From Promethearchaeota archaeon (GTDB lineage: Archaea; Asgardarchaeota; Lokiarchaeia; Sigyniarchaeales; SOKP01): 64,000 nucleotides of DNA. Of the stretch, positions 1 to 9,200 are shown piece after piece; positions within the stretch are counted from its first letter, which is position 1, and each line of letters begins with the position of its first letter. The position numbers and the translations under genes are program-made. The stretch is taken from NCBI GenBank assembly GCA_019058365.1, contig JAHPZE010000003.1, positions 128,001 to 192,000 on the forward strand. The letters are read 5' to 3'. The notes under the pieces are model-generated. The model ran no database searches, was not told the DNA's origin, and saw only the letters and a list, made by a program, of their open reading frames with translations.

Positions 1-785
1 GTATTATCACTTCAGTGGATAATATTAAAACTATATCTTTAAAATCGGGGGAAAATGTTTCTTTATTAGGTTTTATTGTTAGTGATAATACTGATGGAAT
101 TAGAGTTACTCTATGGCGTGAAAAAGCAGATGAATATTCAAAACTCTTAACTACAGGACAGGGATTATTGTTGGAAAATGTTTTAGTAAAATATAGCAAC
201 TTTTCGAATAGAAATGAAATCTCTTTAATTAATGAATCAAAATTAGAGCTAAAAGATCTCGAAATAAAAAATCTTAAAAGCCTTAATTTAGAAAAAAAAG
301 AGAAAGGAGCTAATTTTTCTGGTGATTACGCAAAGATAGACACCATTGAAGCTCCTGGTACGATCGAATTAAAAGGATTTATTGCCAAAGATCTTAATAA
401 TATTACGGTTTATGAAGCATGTAAAAATTGTTTTAAGAAAGTTGAAAATTGTACTTGTGGCAAAGGAGATGAGACTGAATTCCGGATGATCATTAATCTT
501 ATTATAGATGATGGAACAGGAACAATAAGAACTACTTTTATAGGAGATCAAGCAGAAAAGTTAATGGGTGTAGAGACTACTAAAATTCTACAACTAAAAG
601 AAACACCCGAATTTGAGAAATTTCTAGAAAAAAAGTCATCGGAGTTTCTAGGAAAAGATATTATTGTAAAAGGTAGAGCTAAATTTAGTGATTATTCTAA
701 TCAATACGAGATATCAGTTTATGATTTTAAAGATATTAATATTGATGAAGAATTAGAGAGAGTTATGAAACAGATTGAAACTTGA
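1..785 (+). CDS. rpa: Replication protein A large subunit, C-terminal OB folds with Zn finger (probably 5'-truncated by the window edge)
   Basis: OB-fold motifs (VSDNTDGIRVTLW, IIDDGTGTIRTTFIG) and a YEACKNCFKK...CTCG zinc finger, as in RPA70 DBD-C. Confidence 0.85.
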   Translation, partial: IITSVDNIKTISLKSGENVSLLGFIVSDNTDGIRVTLWREKADEYSKLLTTGQGLLLENVLVKYSNFSNRNEISLINESKLELKDLEIKNLKSLNLEKKEKGANFSGDYAKIDTIEAPGTIELKGFIAKDLNNITVYEACKNCFKKVENCTCGKGDETEFRMIINLIIDDGTGTIRTTFIGDQAEKLMGVETTKILQLKETPEFEKFLEKKSSEFLGKDIIVKGRAKFSDYSNQYEISVYDFKDINIDEELERVMKQIET

Positions 786-867
786 GTTTTATACTTTTTA
801 ATATCCCTCTTATTTATTTGACTATTGTTTAAATTTCTTATGTAATTTAATAACTGAGAATATTAAA

Positions 868-1806
868 ATGGGCAAAATAGATATTATTGGACTAGGAGAG
901 GTTGTTGTTGATTGGGTGGCTGAAATCCCCCATTTTCCTGAACCAGATGAAAAGATTGATGCTATTGCCGAGAATTATTTCTCTGGTGGTGTAACGGCAA
1001 ATTTTCTGGTAGCCGTGGCACGTCTTGGGATTTCTTGTGGATTTATTGGTGCCGTTGGAGACGATTCATATGGAGATTTTTTGATTAAAGAATTTAAAAG
1101 AGAAAGAGTAGATACTAAACTTACAGTCATAAAAAAAGGAAAGCAAACTCCAGTAAATTTTATTTTTGTTGTTAAAGGTGAAAAGACGATAATTCAATCT
1201 CCTCATATGTTAACTACGAAATTAGAACTTAAGGATTTGGAGGAATATTATTTATCGGAAGCTAAAGTTTTGCATACAACATTAATTCACCCAGAAATAT
1301 CAGAAAAAGTGATTAATTTAGCAAAGAAATTTGATGTAAAAATTAGTATTGATTTAGAATCTCAAATAGCTCAACGAGGTTGGAAAAAATTAAAAAAATT
1401 GTTACTAATGGCAGATATTTTAATTCCTAATAAAGAAGGGGCTAAGATGATAACAAAATGTAATACACCAGAAGACGCTGCTAAAACCTTAATTGAAAAA
1501 GGGATCCCCCTCGTAATTATAACATTAGGGAATAGGGGTGCATTGGTTTTAACTAAAGAATTTCAAAATGAAATTCCCACTTATAATATAAAAAATATTG
1601 TAGATACTACGGGTGCAGGTGACGCGTTTAACGGAGCATTTTCGGTTGCTTATTGGATTAAGGGATGGAGTTTAGAAAAATCAATCAAATACGCAAATGC
1701 TGCTGCATCCTTAAAAATCCAGAAGTTAGGTGCCAGAACAGGGATGCCTTATGATTTAGAGTTGAGAAAATTTTTGAAAGAAAATGAGAGAGATTTGTTT
1801 ACTTAA
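868..1806 (+). CDS. PfkB/ribokinase family carbohydrate kinase
   Basis: GGVTANFLVAVARLG, VGDDSYG and VDTTGAGDAFNG signatures. Confidence 0.92.
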   Translation: MGKIDIIGLGEVVVDWVAEIPHFPEPDEKIDAIAENYFSGGVTANFLVAVARLGISCGFIGAVGDDSYGDFLIKEFKRERVDTKLTVIKKGKQTPVNFIFVVKGEKTIIQSPHMLTTKLELKDLEEYYLSEAKVLHTTLIHPEISEKVINLAKKFDVKISIDLESQIAQRGWKKLKKLLLMADILIPNKEGAKMITKCNTPEDAAKTLIEKGIPLVIITLGNRGALVLTKEFQNEIPTYNIKNIVDTTGAGDAFNGAFSVAYWIKGWSLEKSIKYANAAASLKIQKLGARTGMPYDLELRKFLKENERDLFT

Positions 1807-1825
1807 ATGTATGCTTAATAATAAG

Positions 1826-2266
1826 TTATTGAGATATTAAACAAATACTACTATAATTATTCGGATGCTGTATCATATCATTGTAGGTTTCTAATATTTT
1901 CTCTTCTGATAAATCTTTAAGATCTATATTGAAAGGCCAGATACCCATGATAATATCTCCTAAATTTTTCACATTTCCAATTAAATATCCTGCTTTCTTC
2001 TCATTTGATTTATTTGTATATAAAATAACAAGATAATAATTATATGTATGATTAAATGTAGGATTTCCAATTATGAGAACTTCTTCAATATTTTGAAAAC
2101 TAATTATATGTTGATGTATTTCACTTATTTTTTTTAATTCTAAGGTAAATTTAGCGGGAATTGATATAAGCTTTTTAAATTCTAGACTTTTAAAACTTAG
2201 AGTAAGGTTTTTATGTTCAAATTGCTCGTGTGCCGTAAAGATTACTTTATATATAATAGAATCCAT
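1826..2266 (-). CDS. Hypothetical protein
   Basis: 146-aa ORF downstream of aIF1 on the same strand; no recognisable motif. Confidence 0.65.
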   Translation of the reverse strand: MDSIIYKVIFTAHEQFEHKNLTLSFKSLEFKKLISIPAKFTLELKKISEIHQHIISFQNIEEVLIIGNPTFNHTYNYYLVILYTNKSNEKKAGYLIGNVKNLGDIIMGIWPFNIDLKDLSEEKILETYNDMIQHPNNYSSICLISQ

Positions 2267-2366
2267 TGAAATTATGTTAATCCGATTTATTCAATAATTT
2301 TTTTAATACTTAAGTCTTCCAGCTTTTTATAGATTGTATAATGTGGTGATTTTTCATTTTCAACAA

Positions 2367-2684
2367 TTATTCTTGAATAACAATATTTTCTTCAGGAAAT
2401 CCAAGATCAATCAAGAATTTTTTCAATTTAAACCGATGATCTCCTTGGAGTTCGACTTCATTATCTCTTACAGTTCCACCAGAAGCGCATTTTTTTTTTG
2501 CTTTTGTTAGAATATTCTTAAGATTTACTTCGAAATTTCCAACGAACGTGATTACAGTAACAACCCTCCCCCATTTCCTCCTAGCGTTAGAAATTATTAT
2601 TTGTTGTTCATCGGCGCTTAAACTATCACATATACATAGTTCTTTTGGAAAACTACATATAGGACAAATCTCGTCGTCTTTAAT
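2367..2684 (-). CDS. sui1: Translation initiation factor aIF1 (SUI1), probable AUU start; absent from the ORF track
   Basis: Hand translation: IKDDEICPICSFPKELCICDSL...RRKWGRVVTVI...KKKCASGGTVRDNEVELQGDHR...LGFPEENIVIQE*. Archaeal N-terminal Zn knuckle plus SUI1 core (GGTV, LQGDHR). In-frame TGA TAA lies two codons upstream of ATT. Confidence 0.93.
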   Translation of the reverse strand: MKDDEICPICSFPKELCICDSLSADEQQIIISNARRKWGRVVTVITFVGNFEVNLKNILTKAKKKCASGGTVRDNEVELQGDHRFKLKKFLIDLGFPEENIVIQE

Positions 2685-3057
2685 GCTGTCTTATCACAAC
2701 CTTTATTGTTAAAACTTTTTAAAATTTAGTTCTAAAAAATAATAGAACAAAATCTTATAAAAATCTTTTTTATTTTGGAAAGAAACTTTTATAAAAACAA
2801 TACTTATTTAATTTGTTAGTTTTTTCACTGCAAATTTTTAGGATTTCAAAATTTTAAATTAAGTGTTACAGAAATTTAATGAGATAAATGAAAGTAACTA
2901 TTAATTACTAATTTCTCTCTAAATTAATTCAGTTTTCAACCTAAATTTTCTAAAATTTAGAATTGACCTTCCTAAGCAAAAAATATTTAAAGAAAAATTT
3001 TTATTATTTATCAATAAGCTTATTCTTAAAGTTAGAATATTAATGTGATAAATTAAA

Positions 3058-3585
3058 ATGCAGAGCTCATGGATTTTTAAAGTAATTGTTGCGGGTGCAG
3101 GGGGCGTTGGAAAAACAGCGATGATTACAAGGTATTGTACAGGAAAATTCGAGGAGGGATATAAAATGACAATAGGAGCAGGATTTCATACGAAAGCCGA
3201 AATGCTCGACACTGGAGAAGCCGTTAAAATGCAGTTATGGGATTTTGCCGGTGAAAAACGGTTCCGTGAACTCTTACCTGATTATTGCAAAGGTGCAAGT
3301 GGAGCATTTATATGTTTTGATATAAGTGATTATGATACTTTCAGAGAAATACCTGAATGGTTAAGGATAATTCGTCAAAAAGCCGGGTTTGTTCCCATAA
3401 TTCTTTTGGGAATGAAATGGGATCTTCCAGGACATGAAGTAGATTATGAAATTGCGAATGATTATGCTATTAAAGCGAAATGTAATCAATGCGTATTCTG
3501 TTCCTCAAAAGATAATATAAATATTAATGAATCTTTTCAAGCTATGGCAAAATGGCTGATCTATTACGCAGCCCAAGCAGATTGA
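3058..3585 (+). CDS. Rab-like small GTPase
   Basis: G1 GAGGVGKT, G2 YKMTIG, G3 WDFAGE, G4 MKWD, G5 CSSK; no C-terminal prenylation motif. Confidence 0.92.
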   Translation: MQSSWIFKVIVAGAGGVGKTAMITRYCTGKFEEGYKMTIGAGFHTKAEMLDTGEAVKMQLWDFAGEKRFRELLPDYCKGASGAFICFDISDYDTFREIPEWLRIIRQKAGFVPIILLGMKWDLPGHEVDYEIANDYAIKAKCNQCVFCSSKDNININESFQAMAKWLIYYAAQAD

Positions 3586-3693
3586 TTCTCAAATCTTCAG
3601 ATACCGTAAAATTAACTAATCCAAGCGTATTCCTAATATCACTGCCTATACTAATTTTAATAAGATGAGTAAGGAATATTGTTTTTAATAGTG

Positions 3694-4227
3694 TTAGCCA
3701 ATATTATATCTATTTAGAATCATTCTTGTTATTGTATTATACATCTCCTCCACATTTTCTCCCGGTTTTAAAGAAATCTTTATCGATGAGGATATATTAT
3801 AATCTTCTTTAAATTTCACTATTTGCTCTTCGAATACGTCTCGATTCTCCTCTAAATCCAATTTAATTCCTACTAATAGATTTGGAGTTCCCTCTGTTTT
3901 ACGTTCTTTTATCAATTTACTCCATTCAGTTAATTTATTTAGAGTTTCAGTATTAGTAATATCATAAATTAATAATACTCCATTAGCACCCCCAATAGCT
4001 AATTCAAAAACTTTTTTAAATTGATCTTCCAAACTCCATCCCCATACCATTAGTCTTATAAATTTTCCTTCAATCTCTACATCTTTAGTATAAAAATTAA
4101 TACCTATTGTCGATTTAGTATCATCATCAATTAAAGATCTAGTAAATTTACTTGTTACTAATTTTTCTACTTTATTATCAGCAAACATAAAAACTTTAAA
4201 TATAAGATCAGGTTTCTCAAAATCCAT
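3694..4227 (-). CDS. Degenerate Rab-like GTPase (P-loop lost)
   Basis: STIGINFYTKDVEIEGKFIRL, LLIYDIT, LVGIKLDL and SLKPGENVEE are Rab-like; G1 and G3 are degenerate. Confidence 0.8.
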   Translation of the reverse strand: MDFEKPDLIFKVFMFADNKVEKLVTSKFTRSLIDDDTKSTIGINFYTKDVEIEGKFIRLMVWGWSLEDQFKKVFELAIGGANGVLLIYDITNTETLNKLTEWSKLIKERKTEGTPNLLVGIKLDLEENRDVFEEQIVKFKEDYNISSSIKISLKPGENVEEMYNTITRMILNRYNIG

Positions 4228-4919
4228 TTTCTTTTTTCCTCTAATAATATATTCTTATATGTTCAATTTCCAATATCGTTGTAAAAGAATCATTAGATAT
4301 TTGTTCTTATTTTGTTTTTAAAGAAGTATATTCTTTGATGATAATATAAATTTAGGTGTTTAATTGTATATATCAGAATTTCAATTGTTAATCGAATTTT
4401 AAAAGGAGAGATGGTTCTGAAGCGATATGAAATGAGTAAAAGAACCGAGCACCCTCTGAAAACGAGCGGTCGGAAGCAGCAGAAATGGTTTCGTAAAATT
4501 AAACTATATCCAAGGACTACCCTCTAATACGTTCGCTACGATCCCAACGATATTCTGAAAACCTTAATATAGTATCGCAAGAGGGACAAGACCACATCTT
4601 TACACTATGACAATCACTCACTTGAATGACCTCTCATTTAAAATTATACCTTTAAAATTATAAATTTCTCTCAGTAGGTGTAAGGGTATTAATCTTGAAA
4701 AAATCTTGAAGATGACCCTCTTTATTACAATATGGACACTTTCCCATAACAAATACTAAGAACCTCTAATATATATAGTTTACAACGTTCAAGAAAAGTG
4801 AAGAAATTTATATGATAAGTAAAAAAGAACTTTAACTATAAAACCGTGTAAAGAATTAAATATTTTAATTATTAAATTACATTAGATTATCCTCAGATTT
4901 TATTATTATGGTGCCCTAC

Positions 4920-5231
4920 CTATACTTTTTTAGGAAATGTCCTCAATCTTAGAATAGTTTCATCCCCATTAGCCCAATTCTTCAGATTAGCCAATCTTTC
5001 ACCATGATCACCATGTTCAGGATGATCAAATGCTTGTTGAAGCTCCGTACAAGGTAAATCTGGGCAAAAACCACAATGAAGATATCCTTTATCATAACAG
5101 CACTTTGCTACACCGCATTCTCCATAGAACATCTTTCCTTTACATATTTGGCATCCCAAGCAGTTAGTTTTCTCTTTCCATTCGCATATCCCACAATATG
5201 CTCCACACATACCTATTTGTTCTTTATCCAT
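4920..5231 (-). CDS. Cys-rich DUF3795-like small metal-binding protein
   Basis: IGMCGAYCGIC...CLGC...CGVAKCC...HCGFCPDLPC pattern. Confidence 0.75.
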   Translation of the reverse strand: MDKEQIGMCGAYCGICEWKEKTNCLGCQICKGKMFYGECGVAKCCYDKGYLHCGFCPDLPCTELQQAFDHPEHGDHGERLANLKNWANGDETILRLRTFPKKV

Positions 5232-5587
5232 TAGTCAATAACACTTCTTTCAGTTCTTATTGGATAATATTTACTTATATAATTATAGTATAGAATTTTT
5301 CTTTTATTTTTTTACAATAATTTATAGTTTCTTTATCCAATCGTACCCCCCTTTCTAATCATTTGAATATAAGTGATATAAAATAAGCAATAGAACTGTA
5401 AAAAATTAAATTGACCGCAATTTCATAATGTGAAATGCTATAAATGATCTATTACCCACCCCAAGCAGATTGATTCTAAAACTGTTGGTCAATTTTTATG
5501 TTTTATTTAAATACCACTTATTTAATAGAGAAAAAGCTAAATAGTATAGTTAATAAAATAATATATCAATAAAAGTATTAAAAAAGC

Positions 5588-5788
5588 GCCTCCGTAGCTC
5601 AGCTAGAAAAACTACCGCTTTTCGGTGTGCTTGGCAAAGTAGAGCACCCGGCTTAGGTATTTGGCATTATTAAATACCTCCGGAAGTTAACCGGGCGGTC
5701 GCATGTTCGATCCATTCTAAGCAAGATTTCCTTGCTGCGGGAAATATTTGCGGGATATGTTCCGCAATTCCTACAGCCGGGGGCGCCA
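5588..5788 (+). tRNA. tRNA-Asn(GTT) with three introns and encoded CCA
   Basis: Acceptor GCCTCCG/CGGGGGC, G73, CCA; D-stem GCTC/GAGC; anticodon arm CCCGG-CT|GTT-AA-CCGGG; T arm GCATG-TTCGATC-CAT|GC. Inserts at about 5607-5638, 5654-5685 and 5716-5775. Confidence 0.85.
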
Positions 5789-5815
5789 TTTATTTCTTTT
5801 ATGAATTTTTTTTCT

Positions 5816-6248
5816 TTAATGGATGCTTTTTTTTATTTGAAGTTTATTCCGCCAATAATTTATTGTAGTTTGAGATGTATTGGTTAATCGCGCTATCTTT
5901 TTGTCAGATAACCCCCATTCATAATAAACATATTCAAGCCAAGCTTTATGTTTGTAGAGTGGATTGCTTCGGGAGGATTCTTTTGTGGGATTTAGTAGGT
6001 CCCCTGTTGGGAGATTCCAATTTTGAGAAATTTCATTCCAATTAGATGATTTAATTTCTTCTCTAATTCGTTCTTTATCATGTGTAAGTTCATAGGATTT
6101 TGGCTTCCATCCAATCTCAATTTTTTCGGTTTTGATGAATGGATATTGCTTAACAATATTCGCGGAGAATTTAAAATTTTTAATATTTTTCTATGTTATT
6201 TTATAATACTGCTTTATTTGATCCCAATATTCTGACTCAGCAAGATAG
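5816..6248 (-). pseudogene. 5'-truncated HTH protein remnant with an internal TAG
   Basis: Frame reads ...AESEYWDQIKQYYKIT*(6191-6193)KNIKNF...LYKHKAWLEYVYYEWGLSDKKIARLTNTSQTTINYWRNKLQIKKSIH*; no start codon; C-terminal HTH. Confidence 0.6.
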
Positions 6249-9200
6249 TTACAACTTATCTTTAGATATTAAATTTGGATATATTGGTTCAAATTTCGAT
6301 GTGAATACCTTTGGTTTTTTCCAACACTTTTTTTTTTCATTCCATTTAAGATTTTTCAAGGGATTATAGAATTTTAGTAAATCTTCATCTGCATAAATCG
6401 ATTTAATTAGTTCATTACCATCAACTAAATCATTTAATATCAGATAGTCTTTAACCTCTAAATATTCGAATAATAAGTCAAATAATCGTTCAAATTCACT
6501 AATTTCGCATTTAGGAAAATAAATTTTAATCATTAGCCCCGTTGGGAATCTTTTTTCTTGATCAAATCCATAAATGAAATATTCTCCCGTAATTTCAGAG
6601 ATATGTACTAAATTAAAAAAACTAAAAACTTTTACAAGTGATTTAATCATTTCTTTTTTCAAATTCGGTACAATAATGTAAACTTTATTATGAAGGTCTA
6701 AATTCTTTAAAGACAAATAGGGGAAAATTAAATTTTTTCTTAATAGACTAGTGATGTGGCTTATTGTCAACACTTTTTTTGTGATTAAATAGGATTTGAT
6801 ATCTATTGATTGTCTATTATAAATTTGAGAAAGAGATTCAAATTCAGGAGATTCAGGACCAAAATAAGAAGAAATTGATTTGTTGCCGACTTCATATTCC
6901 TTAATAAATAAATTTTCTATTTGATATTTTGGATTGAAAAGTATAGTTTGCATGTGCATTTTAAATCTGTCTTTGTCATAATTCCAACCTTCTAGGGTAA
7001 GGTTATTATCAAATTGAATAATATTATAAACTTTTTTTATAAAAAATCCACAGTATTCTCGTATTATATTTTTCGATCTTGCTAACCAGTGGATATAACT
7101 TAGTTGAGGTGAATCATAAGGCATAATATAATTTATGAAAAGAGAATTAGAATTATCTATCGAGGTGGGATAGTTAATTTTTTGAAAAGTATTAAGGAGG
7201 AGAAGTTTAAAATCGATCTCGTTCATATCTGTTGGATAAAGAAATAAATAATATTGTCCCAGTCCAAAATATTCAAAAGCAGGAATAAATCTTATAGATT
7301 TAATAAAATTTGTGAAAAAATATTCTTCCTTAGCATTTTTAAATTTCTCAATATTTATTAGATACTCTTTAAGGTTTAAATGAAAATCTAACAACCGGTT
7401 TAAATTTTTGTCATTGTAATCACAATTTTCACTCATACCACGGTCGTTAACTTTTTTCACTAAATCTAAGATGTTTTCTTCATTCGACCAAAAATTTTTT
7501 TGATTTCTATTAATCTCTTCTTCACGATATTCTAACCCACTCCTAAAAATACTTTTTACATATAGAAAATATTGTTCATAGAGATCTTTCGTATAAAAGA
7601 AGGTTTTACTATCAAAATCATATAAGTGTTTGCTAGATAATGCTTTAATCCTACCAGTCCATAAAAAAAACTTTCCATAGAGTAAATTTTCTTTAAAAAT
7701 GTTATAAAGAATTGAGAATAATTGTCTCTTTTCTTTTTTAGTCAAATAAGGAGTTGAAATCTCTACATATATTAGATTTTTATCAGAAATTATCTCTTTA
7801 CTATGATCTATAGTGATTCTAGGGAAAAATCTTTTCATTTTAATAAGAAAATTTTGAGTTTCTTGAGAATTGATTAAGATTAATTGGAGAAAGTCATTTA
7901 CATATTCTTCGATGTTAATTGTGTTAATTAAAAGCGGATTGATTATTGGGGGTTCATTCTCCAATAATTTATCTAATATACTAGTTACTTCTTGGCTGGT
8001 TATTTGATAAAGTTTGAATTTTTCATAGAATTTTTCTAATTTTTCCAATTTTATTTGGTAAATATTATCTACTACTGTTTTATCGATAAATGTCTTTTTA
8101 ATCGTACTTAGGTTGAATAATTTCAAATTATAAAAAATGTTAATTAAGTCATGGAAATTTATGTAATTCTCAACCATCATTTTAAAATCCTCTTGAGACT
8201 TAAAGTAAGCTGAAATAAGATCGCTAGAATCAAGATTTTTTAAGTGACTGCTGTTAAATATGATATTATCTTCAATTAAATGAGAATGATATTGATTATC
8301 CAAAATGTCATGAAATTCAATAAGTGTTTTAACTTGAGGGTAGCGGGTTATAATTTTTTTTATAAAATCCAAAACTTGTAAATACTCCTCTAACTTCTTT
8401 TTTATATAGAAAAATCCAAATTTTTTATTTTCATTTAGAAATTCGAGAAATTTTAACTGTAGATCTTTTGAATCATAAAATTTATTTAATTTATCTTTTA
8501 AATCTATAATTAGAGTACGTTGAGTAATAATCTCATCAACCAAATCTGATTTTAAAGTCGCTAATGTTTCAGTCCTTTTTTCAAATCCAAAACCAAAAAC
8601 AGAAATAAAGCGAATTCTATCAATTATTAAAAATTGAAGAAGAGAAAGTTCAGGATTAGAAAAATCAGAACTAAAGTCAATTTGAAATTCGATCTCAAAT
8701 TTCTTATCATAACTACGATGATTAGGGTTTATTATTTTGTATTTTTGTGAATATTCTCTTAAATAATTTAAATTGAGTAGATGATTTTCAAATGTACGAA
8801 GCAAACAATAGCTCTTAGTTATAAAATTAGAACTTTTCAATCTCTTGATAAATTTAATAAAATCATCTAAGTAAGGTCTTGGGAGGATCACATAACCACT
8901 AAGTTCAACCGAAAAACTATTAAGTGAAGTCTTAGTTGCAATAAAGAATGGAGACCCTTCAATAATACTAAATATCTTAGATTTTTTTAATATTGGATTA
9001 AATCGTAGAAATACTGCTATAACACATACATTTATTGCATTCCAATTCAATTGATAAGAAGGTGCGATAAAACTGTACTTTTTGATCCAATCCATGTTTT
9101 TGATAAATTTCCTCAAACTTAAATCAGATTCGAGCTCTTGATTCTCTTTAAATTTCTGAAAATATTTTTTATAGCTTGATAGATCCTTATAATTCTTCAC

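Noticed and set aside
4411-4527. 38-aa ORF MVLKRYEMSKRTEHPLKTSGRKQQKWFRKIKLYPRTTL
   Set aside because: No motif, paralog or well-spaced SD; it overlaps a block better explained as a structured sequence.
5647-5695. Reading the 5588 tRNA as Leu(TAG) with a canonical intron
   Set aside because: BHB geometry places the cuts after 5653 and 5685, giving GTT. The short variable loop and G73 fit Asn, and a true Leu(TAG) gene is at 13103.
6191-6193. In-frame TAG as pyrrolysine or stop-codon readthrough
   Set aside because: The frame has no start codon, no pyl genes are in the window, and TAG is a normal stop in other genes here (for example the rSAM gene and rpl4).
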